Assembly (NCBI GenBank): GCA_964384355.1
Contig: CAYLLC010000004.1
Location: 3,724-50,522 of the forward strand
Direction of reading: 5' to 3'
DNA: 46,799 nt
From: an uncultured Sulfurospirillum sp.
Lineage (GTDB): Bacteria; Campylobacterota; Campylobacteria; Campylobacterales; QNZT01
Shown here: in pieces, positions 34,564 to 44,630 of the stretch
How the letters are laid out: the number at the start of each line of letters is the position of its first letter
How positions within the stretch are numbered: the stretch's first letter is position 1
Translations under genes and position numbers: made by a program
Notes under the pieces: generated by a model
Database searches by the model: none
The model's input: only the letters and a program-made list of their open reading frames with translations
Told to the model about the DNA's origin: nothing

Positions 34564-36393
34564 CTAATTGAAGGTTTTGAGATAGCCGTTTTCCTGCAAA
34601 AACTGCTCTATCTTCCGATAGATCGCATCCTCATGCGCGCTGTCGATGTAGCGTGAGCTGCGGATATTCTCCCGCATGCGTGCACGGATCGTGTCGGGAT
34701 TATAGTTTAAATCCTCTAAAATATCTATTAGAGTGTCGCTCGCGACCAGCTGTGCGATCTCGTAGCCCTTCTCGTCGATGGCGACGGTAGCGACGGTGGG
34801 GCGGGTGAAGAGGTTGTGCTTCATGCCCAGCACCTCCTGATAGGCGCCTACCTTGAAAAACCCGAGAAAATAGTCCTCTTCGTCCAGATCGACGCTGTGC
34901 AGATAGAGCGGATTTCTGCTGTCGAAATCGATCTCGCCGTCGCTGTCGCATGTGATATCCCAGAGGCTGGCGGAGCGGGTGGGGCGGGTGTCGAGCCTGG
35001 AGAGGGGCATGACGGGGAAGCGCTGCGAGAGCCCCCAGAAGTCGGGCATGCTCTGAAAGATCGAGAAGTTGATCAGATACTTCTCCTGAATCTTGTCCTG
35101 TATCTGCGTCAGCTCCCTGACCGGTTCGTCTCTGAGGAGTATGATCGCCTTTTTGATGATCAGGTGGGTCAGGATCTCGCTGTTGGAGCGGTCGACGAGA
35201 TCGATATAGCCCAGATCGAAGAGGGTCAGCAGCGAATTGAGATGGTCGATCGCGTCATGCAGATATTCGAGTGCGTTTTCGGTCGTCATGTGGGTGTGCA
35301 GTTCGTCGAGCTCTTCGATCAGCGGCGGGTTCTGTTCTTTCAGACGCAGCGCTTTGGCGGAGTACTCTTCGCTGAAGAGCTCGAATACCGGCGCCACCAG
35401 CACCGCATGCGAGGCGGCGATGAAGCGGCCCGATTCGACCAGAATATCGGGCTCTCTGACCCCCTTTTTTCGGGCGATTCCCTGCAGCACGAAGGTGGTA
35501 TCGCTGGCATACTCGTTCAGGGAGTAGGTCACTTCGGGGTAATCTTCGTTCTGGGTATACTCGATGCCCAGCCCGCCGCCGAGGTTGATCCCCCGGAGAC
35601 TGTGTGCCCCCATGCGTATCAGGTCGGCGTAGATGTTGCCCGCTTCGCGCAGCGCCTTTTTGAGGTTGGAGATGCGGGTCATCTGCGATCCGATATGGAA
35701 GTGGATCATCGTGAAGCGATCGAGCAGATCGTTGGCTTTGAGCAGCTCCATCGCTTCGAGCAGCTCGGTGGAGGTGAGGCCGAATTTGGAGTTGATGCCG
35801 CCGCTTTTTTCCCAGATGCCCGATCCGGTGCTGTGGAGCTTGATGCGGATGCCGATGCCGGGAATCGGCCCTCCCGTCTCCCGGGCGACTTCGATGATCG
35901 ATTCGAGTTCGTTGATCCCCTCGATCGTCAGCGTGATGGCATGCCCCATCTTGGCGGAGAGGAAGCCCAGCTCGATCATCTCCCTGTCTTTGAAGCCGTT
36001 GACGGTGATCGGTGCGTTGGCGCCGATATGGCTCATCGCGATAATCAGCTCCGCTTTGGAGCCCGCCTCCAGCCCGTAGCCGTAGCGGCTCCCGGCCTCC
36101 AGCAGCGGCTCGAGAAAGTCGGGATACTGATTCACCTTCAGCGGAAAGAGCGCCTGAAATCGGCCGCGGTAGTCGAGCTCTGAAAAAGCGCTGGCGAAAG
36201 TGTTGTAGAGGGCGTCGATCTGCTTTCGGATCAGATGGGGGAAGCGCAGCAGCAGCGGGCCTTTGATCCCTCCGGCGCGGATTTCCTCCACGATGTCGTA
36301 GAGGGCGGGGGCGCTTTTGTAGTTGACACGGACCTTGTCGTGGTCGATGACAAAGTCCTCTTCGCCCCAGATATCGATACCGTAGCGCTGCAT
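34564..36393 (-). CDS. speA: biosynthetic arginine decarboxylase
   Basis: FPLKVNQ, GLEAGSKAE, HFHIGSQ, ESGR, DITCDSDG, GAYQE. Confidence 0.93.
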   Translation of the reverse strand: MQRYGIDIWGEEDFVIDHDKVRVNYKSAPALYDIVEEIRAGGIKGPLLLRFPHLIRKQIDALYNTFASAFSELDYRGRFQALFPLKVNQYPDFLEPLLEAGSRYGYGLEAGSKAELIIAMSHIGANAPITVNGFKDREMIELGFLSAKMGHAITLTIEGINELESIIEVARETGGPIPGIGIRIKLHSTGSGIWEKSGGINSKFGLTSTELLEAMELLKANDLLDRFTMIHFHIGSQMTRISNLKKALREAGNIYADLIRMGAHSLRGINLGGGLGIEYTQNEDYPEVTYSLNEYASDTTFVLQGIARKKGVREPDILVESGRFIAASHAVLVAPVFELFSEEYSAKALRLKEQNPPLIEELDELHTHMTTENALEYLHDAIDHLNSLLTLFDLGYIDLVDRSNSEILTHLIIKKAIILLRDEPVRELTQIQDKIQEKYLINFSIFQSMPDFWGLSQRFPVMPLSRLDTRPTRSASLWDITCDSDGEIDFDSRNPLYLHSVDLDEEDYFLGFFKVGAYQEVLGMKHNLFTRPTVATVAIDEKGYEIAQLVASDTLIDILEDLNYNPDTIRARMRENIRSSRYIDSAHEDAIYRKIEQFLQENGYLKTFN

Positions 36394-36395
36394 GC

Positions 36396-37601
36396 TCACT
36401 CCAGCGGCCGGAGCGTTTCTTGTTTGGCTTCGAGATCCTTGACCCAGATTTTGCCTGCGGCGAGCTCATCCTCACCGATGACGGCGCAGTAGCGCGCACC
36501 TGCTTTGTCCGCCGCTTTGAGGTGGGCTTTGAGCGATCTGACATCGTATCCCATCGTCACTTTGGCGTGGGCTCTCTCTCTGGCCGCCGCGGCGAAGAGC
36601 GGTATGCGCGCCTCTTCGCAGAGCGCACCGAAGTAGTAGCCTTCGCGCGCCGTTTCGGGGAGTTCGATCATCTCCATCAGCCTCTCGATACCGATCGCGA
36701 ATCCGATCGCCGGCGTCTCTTTGCCGTCCAGAAAGGAGACGAGGCGGTCGTAGCGTCCGCCGCCCGCGACGGCGTTCTGCGCACCGAGATCACCGCTGAT
36801 GAATTCGAAGGCGGTTTTGTTGTAGTAGTCCAGACCGCGCACGAGATTGGGGTCGAGCTCGTAGGCGACGCCCTGACTGTCGAGCAGTTCGCGCAGCTTG
36901 CCGAAGTGGCTGTCGCATGCGTCGCAGAGGTGGGCATCGAGTCTGGGTGCCGGGGTCAGTATCTCCTGGCACCGGCTGTTTTTGCAGTCGAAGACGCGGA
37001 TCGGGTTGGTCTCTTTGCGGCGTTGGCAATCTTCGCAGAGCGCGTCGGATACCGTGCCCAGAAAGTGCTGCAGCTTTTCGCGATAGGGTGGCATGCATTC
37101 GGGGCAGCCGAGCGAATTGAGCTTGAGGGTGTAGGAGATACCGAAAAAGTCGAGAATCTCTTTGAGCATGAGGATGATGTTGGCATCCTCCATCGCGTCG
37201 GCGACGCCGAAGCTCTCGACGCCGAATTGGTGAAACTGGCGGAATCTCCCCTTCTGCGGGCGCTCGTAGCGAAACATCGGCCCGTGGTAGAAGAATCGGT
37301 GGATACCGCCCTGACGGTCGTACTTCTTCTCGATAAAGGCGCGCACCACGCCGGCGGTCCCTTCGGGGCGCAGACAGACATCGTTGCCCCCTTTGTCGGT
37401 GAATTGGTACATCTCTTTGCCGACGATATCGCTGCTCTCTCCCACACTGCGCCTGAACAGCGCCGTCTCCTCCAGAATCGGCGTCTCGATGAATTCGAAT
37501 CCGTACTTGCGCACGATCGCGGAGCAGTTTTCGAGAAAGTAGGTGAATTTGCGGTTTTGGGGCGGCAGGATATCCTTCATGCCGCGCAGTGCCGTTATCA
37601 T
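36396..37601 (-). CDS. hisS: histidyl-tRNA synthetase
   Basis: LRPEGTAG, FRYERPQKGRFRQFHQ, LVRGLDYY, GGGRYD. Confidence 0.97.
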   Translation of the reverse strand: MITALRGMKDILPPQNRKFTYFLENCSAIVRKYGFEFIETPILEETALFRRSVGESSDIVGKEMYQFTDKGGNDVCLRPEGTAGVVRAFIEKKYDRQGGIHRFFYHGPMFRYERPQKGRFRQFHQFGVESFGVADAMEDANIILMLKEILDFFGISYTLKLNSLGCPECMPPYREKLQHFLGTVSDALCEDCQRRKETNPIRVFDCKNSRCQEILTPAPRLDAHLCDACDSHFGKLRELLDSQGVAYELDPNLVRGLDYYNKTAFEFISGDLGAQNAVAGGGRYDRLVSFLDGKETPAIGFAIGIERLMEMIELPETAREGYYFGALCEEARIPLFAAAARERAHAKVTMGYDVRSLKAHLKAADKAGARYCAVIGEDELAAGKIWVKDLEAKQETLRPLE

Positions 37602-38173
37602 GATAGCAAACCTTTGATCTTGTGATGGATGCGCTCCGCAGGCTCGGAAGCATCGTAAATTTCGTATTTTATAGTTAATTTCTTTAAGATATCGAGCATG
37701 TTCTGCTGGACCTGCAGCAGATAGTCGATGCCCCGCTTCTCGATCGCATCTTCGCGCTTTTCGCCCATGCGGCGGCGGATCAGTGCTTCGTCGGTCTGCA
37801 GCATGATCACGAGATCGGGCATCGTGCCGTCGAGTGCGAAGCGGTTGAGCTCGAGGAGAAAGTCGAGGTCATATTCGGGGTGGTTGGCCTGCGCGTAGGC
37901 GATGCCGGAGATGAAGCCGCGGTCGCTGAGGATGAGCTTCTCCCGGTTGGGGGCGATCACTTCGCGGTAGTGTTCCGCGCGATCGGCGAGAAAGAGAAAG
38001 AGTTCGCATTTGTGGCTGCGCACCCCCTCATGCAGGATCATCTGCCGGATCCGCATGCCAAGCGCCGTGCCGCCCGGCTCTTTGGTGAGAATCGCGTCGG
38101 GAAACGCCGCTTTGAGCATGGCGGCCTGCGTGCTCTTGCCGGAGGTGTCGACCCCCTCAAATATCAAGTACAT
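37598..38173 (-). CDS. tmk: thymidylate kinase
   Basis: [12 protein letters not shown]-loop, KEPGG, SDR..SG.AY. Confidence 0.93.
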   Translation of the reverse strand: MYLIFEGVDTSGKSTQAAMLKAAFPDAILTKEPGGTALGMRIRQMILHEGVRSHKCELFLFLADRAEHYREVIAPNREKLILSDRGFISGIAYAQANHPEYDLDFLLELNRFALDGTMPDLVIMLQTDEALIRRRMGEKREDAIEKRGIDYLLQVQQNMLDILKKLTIKYEIYDASEPAERIHHKIKGLLS

Positions 38174-38651
38174 CGTTCTTCTCCTGCAGCAGCGGCATGA
38201 TCGCCTCGGGTACCAGATGCGAGACATCGCCGCCGTGATGGAGGATCGTGCGCACCACCGAAGAGCTGATGAAGGCGTTGGGGAGGTTGGGCATCAGATA
38301 GATCGTCTCGATTTCGGGATCGAGGGAGGCGTTGGCATACCCCATCTGCAGCTCGTACTCGAAGTCGCTGACCGCGCGCAGCCCCCGCACGATCAGCTTC
38401 GTCCCCATCTCTCTGGCCAGATCGACCAGCAGATTGTCGAAGCTGACGATCTGGATATTGCTGCAGTGTGCCGTGGCCAGCTCGATCAGTTTTTTGCGCT
38501 TTTTGAGCGAAAACATCGGCTTTTTGGCGCTCGACTCCGCGACGGCGACGATCACCCCGTCGAAGATCGTGCCGGCGCGCTCGATGATATCGATATGGCC
38601 GTTGGTGATCGGATCGAAAGTGCCCGGATAGAGGGCGATTTTTGGTTGCAT
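38157..38651 (-). CDS. coaD: phosphopantetheine adenylyltransferase
   Basis: [28 protein letters not shown]. Confidence 0.96.
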   Translation of the reverse strand: MQPKIALYPGTFDPITNGHIDIIERAGTIFDGVIVAVAESSAKKPMFSLKKRKKLIELATAHCSNIQIVSFDNLLVDLAREMGTKLIVRGLRAVSDFEYELQMGYANASLDPEIETIYLMPNLPNAFISSSVVRTILHHGGDVSHLVPEAIMPLLQEKNDVLDI

Positions 38652-38652
38652 G

Positions 38653-39174
38653 TCACTCTCCCCATCGTTGAAATAGATTGTGTTCGATACCCAGCAGATC
38701 GAACCATTTGCCGATGATGAAATCCTCCATCTGCGGCAGGGTCCGGGTACTGGCGTAGTAGCCCATCAGCGGCGGTGCGATCGCCACCTGCAGGCGTGCC
38801 AGCTTGAGCATGTTCTCCAGTGCGATCGCCGAGAGGGGCATCTCTCTGGGCGCCAGCAGCAGTCTGCGCTGCTCTTTGATCTGGACGGCGGCCGCTCTGG
38901 TTGTGAGGTTGTCGGCGATCCCGCATGCGATCTTGGCGAGGGTGTTCATAGAGGTGGGGATGATCGCCATCGCGTCGCACCGAAACGACCCCGACGCGAC
39001 GGGTGCCGCGATATCGTCGTTGTCGAGGAGGGTGAGGCGCTCCTCCTTTGCGAAGACCGTTTTCGCATTGGTGCTGAGGATCACATACTTCTCGATCTCG
39101 GGCGGCAGCGCCTCGACGAAGCGTCTGCCCAGCCCCACGCCGCTCGCTCCGGTGATGGCGACGATCAGTCTCAT
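38653..39174 (-). CDS. ubiX: flavin prenyltransferase UbiX family
   Basis: [30 protein letters not shown]. Confidence 0.92.
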   Translation of the reverse strand: MRLIVAITGASGVGLGRRFVEALPPEIEKYVILSTNAKTVFAKEERLTLLDNDDIAAPVASGSFRCDAMAIIPTSMNTLAKIACGIADNLTTRAAAVQIKEQRRLLLAPREMPLSAIALENMLKLARLQVAIAPPLMGYYASTRTLPQMEDFIIGKWFDLLGIEHNLFQRWGE

Positions 39175-39845
39175 TCGATCACCTCCACGCGCCCGTGCGA
39201 GAGGATGCGCGCTCTGAAGCGGTGCTTGTAATCTTTGCGGATTTTGATCACATCGCCGACATCTCCCTCTCCCAGCGCCGTCGCCTCGAAAGAGAGCGAG
39301 AGGCCGCCGTCGCGTACGATGGCGGTGACGCGGTCGTTGCGCTGCACGGTCATGCGCTTTTTGAGCTGGTCGGGCGAGAGGATGCGCCCCTCTTTGATCC
39401 GATGCTTCGTGATATAGCTTCCGAGTGCGCTCCCGTCGATCGGATGCCGGTAGAGCGTCGTGAAGGGGATCGTCTTTCGGACGACATTGCCGGATGCGAG
39501 GGGTGCCCCTTTGGGGAGGGTGCGTGCGGCAGTGTAGAGCGTGATCGTCGCGTCGATGCGGTATTTGTAGTAGAGTTTGCGTTTTTTGGCGCCCTTTTGG
39601 AAGGTGACCATCACATTGCCCCTGCTGCGCCGGAGGGTATCTCTGGTGACGGTGACCGCTGCGACTTCGTAGTCGGCGAGTCGCCTGACGAGGCTGGAGG
39701 TGGGGCGAAGGTCGATATGGTCGATCTGCATCGTCGGGTAGGCTTGCAGGAAGCGGCTCTTGAGTATCGATGCGATGCGATGCTCCTGTGCGGGTGTGGC
39801 CAACAGCGGGAGTATCGAGAGAAAGATCAGAAGAAGTCGCTTCAC
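39171..39845 (-). CDS. flgA: flagellar P-ring chaperone FlgA (GTG start 39845)
   Basis: signal peptide; SAF-like region; ALGEGDVGDVIKIR C-terminus; flgA-ubiX-coaD order as in Campylobacter. Confidence 0.8.
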   Translation of the reverse strand: MKRLLLIFLSILPLLATPAQEHRIASILKSRFLQAYPTMQIDHIDLRPTSSLVRRLADYEVAAVTVTRDTLRRSRGNVMVTFQKGAKKRKLYYKYRIDATITLYTAARTLPKGAPLASGNVVRKTIPFTTLYRHPIDGSALGSYITKHRIKEGRILSPDQLKKRMTVQRNDRVTAIVRDGGLSLSFEATALGEGDVGDVIKIRKDYKHRFRARILSHGRVEVIE

Positions 39846-39872
39846 AATGTGATACCTTTTTGGGCTGAATAG

Positions 39873-39888
39873 AGCAAAAAGTATACCT
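39873..39888 (-). promoter_or_regulatory. sigma54-type promoter (GG-N10-GC) containing a sigma70-type TATACT, upstream of flgA
   Basis: minus strand aGGTATACTTTTTGCt. Confidence 0.55.
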
Positions 39889-39941
39889 GAAAATGGGTTA
39901 ATAATGTTAAAATAGGGGTTATCGTTCATCAAGGAGTTTTC

Positions 39942-41951
39942 GTGATTCTGCGCTATCTGATCTTTTCACTCTTGCTCTTCGCATCGGCGTACGCTGCCCG
40001 GACGCGTCCCGTCAATGCCCTCATCCATGAGCACTCTCCCTATCTGCGCATGCATGCCCACAATCCCGTCGACTGGCATCCCTACACCGAAGCGGCGTTT
40101 GCCAAGGCGCGCAGAGAGGATAAGCTGATCTTCCTCTCGATCGGATTCAGCACCTGCCACTGGTGTCATGTGATGGAGGAGGAGTCGTTCGAGAATCCCG
40201 AAATCGCAGCACTGCTCAACCGCGACTATGTGGCGATCAAGGTGGACAAAGAGGAGATGCCGCAGATCGACACCTACTACCAGCAGCTCTTCTCACGGCT
40301 GCAGCACCGGCGCAACGGCTGGCCGCTCGATATCATCATGACTCCCCGCAAAGAGATCCTCTACATGACCACCTACATCCCGCCCGAAGACAAATACGGC
40401 GTCGAGGGGATGCGGACGCTGCTGCCCGAATATGCGCGTATCTACCGTCATGACAAGGCGCGTCTGGCGAAGATCGTCGCCGACAACAGGGCAAAAATCG
40501 CGTCGCAGGAGGGGCATGCGCAAAGCGCGGTAGCCGATGCCAATCTGACACGCGCCTATGTCGCCCGCATGCGCCGGCGCTTCGACAAAATCTACAAAGG
40601 GTTCGACGCGAGGCCCCGCTTTCCGATGGCTTCCAATCTGCGGCTGCTGCTGGATATCTATCTGCTGACCGGCGATCGGGAGGCGTGGCAGATGACGACC
40701 GGGACACTCGATGCGATGGCACGGGGCGGCATCTACGATCAGATCGAGGGCGGCTTCTTTCGCTACGCGACCGATCCCGACTGGGTGATTCCCCACTACG
40801 AAAAGATGCTCTACACCAATGCCGAGCTGCTGCAGATCTATACCCGTGCATGGCTGCTTACGGGCAAGGCGCTCTACAAAAAGGTGGTGACGGAGACGAT
40901 CGCGGAGTATCGTCGCCATCTGGAGGAGGGCGGGCTCTTTTTCGGTGCGACCGATGCGGACAGCATGGGCGAGGAGGGCGGCTACTACACCTACGACTAC
41001 GCCGAAGTCAAAAAGCGCCTCCGGGCGGCGGGATTTCAGAAAGAGGCGATCGAGAAGCTGCTGGAGTATTTCGATATCTCCGAGCCGGGCAACTTCAAAG
41101 AGAACCGCAGCAATGTCCACTTCAACACCGGCTTCGACGTACCGCCCGAAGGGGTCGAAAAGGTGCGCGCGATACTGGCAGAGATGCGCCGCAAGCGCAC
41201 CTATCCCTTCGTCGACAAAAAGATCATGACTTCGTGGAACGCGATGATGATCAAGAGCCTCTTCATGGCGTCGGTGATCGACGGCAGCTACCTTGAGGAT
41301 GCGCGCCGGTCGCTCGATGCGCTGCTGGCCGGAAACTACCGCAACGGCATCCTCTACCACTACACGATCGGTGACGCAGTGCCCACGCATGCGGCCTTTC
41401 TGGAGGATTACGCCTTTTTGACCGATGCGCTGATCACCGCGTACGAATATACCTATGAAGCGAAATATCTCAAAGAGGCGAGGCGATTCGCCGATGCGGC
41501 GGTCGCGCGCTTTTACGACGGCAAGCGCTGGTGGATCAACGCCGGCACCCCCAGAGTGGCGACCCGCTACCTCGACAAATACTACACCACGCCGCTGCCG
41601 CGCATGCTGCACGATCTCCTCTCGCTCGCCGCACTCACCTACGATCTGAAGCGCTATGCCGAGACCAACCGCATGATCGACGAAGAGAAGGGGCGCATGC
41701 TGGAGGCGTTCGACCGCTCTCCCGAAGCGCTGCGCCTGCTGATACGCCGACACTACGGTGACATCGTGCTCAAGGCAAAACGCCCGATGCTGCTGCGGGA
41801 GCGCACCCGCATCGCCCGAATCCGATACCCCTTCCTGCTGACCAAAGCGGAGGAGAGCCCGATCTGGCTGCTCTGCGATATGCAGGCGTGTTTCTTCTCC
41901 GATGTCAATCTGACCAGAGCGATCGGGCGTATCGAAAAGAGGCGTGACTAA
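39942..41951 (+). CDS. YyaL/DUF255 (SPATA20-like) thioredoxin plus alpha/alpha-barrel protein with signal peptide
   Basis: [51 protein letters not shown]. Confidence 0.88.
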   Translation: MILRYLIFSLLLFASAYAARTRPVNALIHEHSPYLRMHAHNPVDWHPYTEAAFAKARREDKLIFLSIGFSTCHWCHVMEEESFENPEIAALLNRDYVAIKVDKEEMPQIDTYYQQLFSRLQHRRNGWPLDIIMTPRKEILYMTTYIPPEDKYGVEGMRTLLPEYARIYRHDKARLAKIVADNRAKIASQEGHAQSAVADANLTRAYVARMRRRFDKIYKGFDARPRFPMASNLRLLLDIYLLTGDREAWQMTTGTLDAMARGGIYDQIEGGFFRYATDPDWVIPHYEKMLYTNAELLQIYTRAWLLTGKALYKKVVTETIAEYRRHLEEGGLFFGATDADSMGEEGGYYTYDYAEVKKRLRAAGFQKEAIEKLLEYFDISEPGNFKENRSNVHFNTGFDVPPEGVEKVRAILAEMRRKRTYPFVDKKIMTSWNAMMIKSLFMASVIDGSYLEDARRSLDALLAGNYRNGILYHYTIGDAVPTHAAFLEDYAFLTDALITAYEYTYEAKYLKEARRFADAAVARFYDGKRWWINAGTPRVATRYLDKYYTTPLPRMLHDLLSLAALTYDLKRYAETNRMIDEEKGRMLEAFDRSPEALRLLIRRHYGDIVLKAKRPMLLRERTRIARIRYPFLLTKAEESPIWLLCDMQACFFSDVNLTRAIGRIEKRRD

Positions 41952-42607
41952 GCGGGGCGCCTGACCAGATAGCCGACGGCGCGGACATTGACGATAAAAT
42001 CCTCCTTCAGGACGCGCCGCAGGCGGTTGATCTCGGCGATGATCGTGGCGTTGTCGATCTCCATATCGTCGTAGACATCGTCCCTGAACATATCGTAGGT
42101 GACGGTGCGGTTTCTGTTGCGTGCCAGCAGGGAGAGGATCTGCGACTGCCGTCGGGAGATGGGCTGGCTTTCGTTCTGAAAATAGAGCGTCTCGGTGGCG
42201 GTGTCGAAGCTGTAGTTTTCGCTGAGGCGGTAGTGCTGCTGGCGTATATCGCGGGTCTGCATGATTTTGTCGATGCGCAGTGTCAGCTCCTTGAGGTGGA
42301 AAGGCTTCTTGAGGTAGTCGTAGCAGCCCAGATCGTAGGCTCTGGAGATGTCGGTGATATCGACCAGTGCGCTGATGTAGATCGCAGGGGTCTGGATCTT
42401 CTCTGCATGCAGTCGCTCCAGCAGCGTCAGGCCGTCGATGCCCGGTACGCTGATATCGAGTATCAGCAGATCGAAGGCCCGCTTTTGCAGAATCTGCAGC
42501 GCTTCGCTGCCGTCGCGCAGCGATTCGACGAGGTGGCCCGTCTTGCGCAGATAGTCGGAGATGGCGTTGTTGAGGAGCTGGTCGTCCTCGAGCAGGAGGA
42601 TCTTCAT
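41948..42607 (-). CDS. OmpR/PhoB-family response regulator
   Basis: ILLLEDD, LILDI (phospho-Asp), DYLKKPF, C-terminal wHTH (I.RLR..VRAVGY). Confidence 0.9.
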   Translation of the reverse strand: MKILLLEDDQLLNNAISDYLRKTGHLVESLRDGSEALQILQKRAFDLLILDISVPGIDGLTLLERLHAEKIQTPAIYISALVDITDISRAYDLGCYDYLKKPFHLKELTLRIDKIMQTRDIRQQHYRLSENYSFDTATETLYFQNESQPISRRQSQILSLLARNRNRTVTYDMFRDDVYDDMEIDNATIIAEINRLRRVLKEDFIVNVRAVGYLVRRPA

Positions 42608-44514
42608 CGCAGCGCCCCTGGGAAGTGGTAGCGAAAGGCGGTGCGCGTCTCGCTGGTGTGCACCTCGATACCGATCCCCTCTTCGTCGCAGATCTGTTTG
42701 ACCAGATTGAGTCCCAGCCCCAGGCCGTCGCGGTGGTGCGATTCGCGGTAGTAGGCGTCGAAGACCCGCTCGATGTCGTGGATCAGGAGGGAGTTGCTGC
42801 CGATTTCGAGCAGACAGCCGTCACGATCTCCCGTCAGTGTGATGGTGATCGTCTCATGCTCTTTGGTATATTTGATCGCGTTGGTGAGGTTGTTGTCGAC
42901 GATGCGCTGGAGTTTGGTCTCGTTGATCTTCAGGTAGATCTCGTCGCAGCTGCTGCGAAAATCGAAAGAGAGATTGGCAGCAGCGGCGACGATACCGAAA
43001 AAGTCGATGCGGCTGCGGATGAAATCGACCAGCGGGATCTCTCTGCGCGGGTAGTCGACCTGATCTTTGTTGACCAGATAGCTCAGATCGTCGTAGATGC
43101 CGTAGATGTTTTTCATCGCCGCTTCGATATTGGAGAGGTAGCTCTCTTTGCCGTGTTCGAGTTCGTAGAGCTCGATATTGTTCATGATCACCGAGAGCGG
43201 GGTGTTGATCTCGTGGATGGCATGCCGCAGGAAGAGCTTCTGCGAATCGAGCAGCTCCTGCGAATAGCGCTTCTGGGCTTCGAGTTTTTCGGCCTGTACT
43301 TCGTAGTCGTGTGTCGATTGCTGGATCAGACGGGTCAGTGCCCTGATCGTGCTGGCATGGTCATGCTTGTCTGGTGGAGGTGTTTTGCATGTGTCGGATA
43401 TCTGTCGTGTGACGGGCGGTGCTTCGGTGAGTGCGAGGACGGTGAGGGTCTGGTTGAGCAGCAGGTTCTGACGATCGCGATGATAAAACTCCCCGTAGGT
43501 GAAAAATCCCGCCGTCGTCGCCGCTTCGGCGAAGGGCTGGATCTCCGTCTCTACGAAGCCCGGCATATATCTGCGCCGTGCCATGCAGACATAGATGAAA
43601 AAGGTTTCGATATTGTCATGATAGAAGCCGCGGGAGGCTTCGTGCGACGGATGCATGATGAGGTTGGCGTTGCCGAATCCCAGCCGCACACGGTCCCCTT
43701 CACGGAGGTTGCCCGCGAAAGTGAGCGAATTGTCGGGGTGGCGGGCGATGACGGCGCGCGCGATATGGATGCCCCACCGCTTCGCGATCAGCGGAAATTC
43801 GATACCGGTGGCGGGAAGCGCTTCGGCGACCTCCTCCCCGAGATATTTGGCGTAGAAGTCGACGGCGCTGAGACCGTCGATGGTGTAGACCCGGTTTTCG
43901 ACGACGCTGTCGATCGTGTGCTCGATGCCGATCGGGCTCCAGTTGAAGTGGAAGTTGTTCTGCACCTGCAGGGTATCGGAGTCGAGTGCGACGCCGACGA
44001 CGCCTCTGGAGAGGAGCCGCTCCCCCTCCAGGACATAGGTCTGCATAAATTCGCTGTTGTCTCCGGCCATACCGCCTGCGACGATCAGATCGGGCGCGAC
44101 GGACTCTATGCCTTTGAGGAGCGATTCGCCGTTGCATGTGGTGCCGTCGCTGAAGAGGATCAGTGCTTTGGTCCTCCCGGTCGCCAGCTTGCGGGCGATC
44201 TCGGTGCCGTTGTCGTAGTCGTCTGTGTGCTCTGCAGAGGCGGATCGGACGGAGGTCTCGTCGAAGGTCGTGAAAGCCGCGACGGTATGGCGGGTGTAGA
44301 TCTTCGCACCTTCGACTTCACCGTCGGTGGTGGTGCCGATCGTGACGGCATGGGGGAGTGCTTTTCGGATCGCTCTGGCGGTGGAGAGGAGCATCTCATG
44401 GCCATGCCCGCAAAAGATCTGTACGAGGAGATTTTCGCTCCGGCGGTATCGGGAGAAGTCGATCGTACGATCGATCGGCGTGGTCGGATCGAGGGTGTAG
44501 TTGTCTGTTTTCAT
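42604..44514 (-). CDS. cytoplasmic FIST (NosP-like) domain sensor histidine kinase
   Basis: GTTTDGE, GGMAGD, CMARR, GFFTYGE FIST motifs; HEINTPL H-box, DNNLTNAIKY N-box, GLGLGL G2-box; no TM segment. Confidence 0.85.
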   Translation of the reverse strand: MKTDNYTLDPTTPIDRTIDFSRYRRSENLLVQIFCGHGHEMLLSTARAIRKALPHAVTIGTTTDGEVEGAKIYTRHTVAAFTTFDETSVRSASAEHTDDYDNGTEIARKLATGRTKALILFSDGTTCNGESLLKGIESVAPDLIVAGGMAGDNSEFMQTYVLEGERLLSRGVVGVALDSDTLQVQNNFHFNWSPIGIEHTIDSVVENRVYTIDGLSAVDFYAKYLGEEVAEALPATGIEFPLIAKRWGIHIARAVIARHPDNSLTFAGNLREGDRVRLGFGNANLIMHPSHEASRGFYHDNIETFFIYVCMARRRYMPGFVETEIQPFAEAATTAGFFTYGEFYHRDRQNLLLNQTLTVLALTEAPPVTRQISDTCKTPPPDKHDHASTIRALTRLIQQSTHDYEVQAEKLEAQKRYSQELLDSQKLFLRHAIHEINTPLSVIMNNIELYELEHGKESYLSNIEAAMKNIYGIYDDLSYLVNKDQVDYPRREIPLVDFIRSRIDFFGIVAAAANLSFDFRSSCDEIYLKINETKLQRIVDNNLTNAIKYTKEHETITITLTGDRDGCLLEIGSNSLLIHDIERVFDAYYRESHHRDGLGLGLNLVKQICDEEGIGIEVHTSETRTAFRYHFPGALR

Positions 44515-44524
44515 GCTTGCAGTG

Positions 44525-44533
44525 AGTATAACA
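44525..44533 (-). promoter_or_regulatory. extended -10 promoter TGtTATACT of the kinase-regulator operon
   Basis: reverse complement of AGTATAACA, 10 nt upstream of ATG 44514. Confidence 0.6.
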
Positions 44534-44560
44534 TAATATTATTTAGACCAAATCGTCGGG

Positions 44561-44594
44561 ATGCTATTTTCATGCTATTCTGATCGACTATAAT
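44561..44594 (+). promoter_or_regulatory. aldB promoter: tandem ATGCTATT repeats (11-bp period) plus TATAAT
   Basis: ATGCTATT at 44561-44568 and 44572-44579; TATAAT at 44589-44594. Confidence 0.65.
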
Positions 44595-44630
44595 GGTGGG
44601 GTAATTCAATTTTACCGAAAAGGAGACGAA

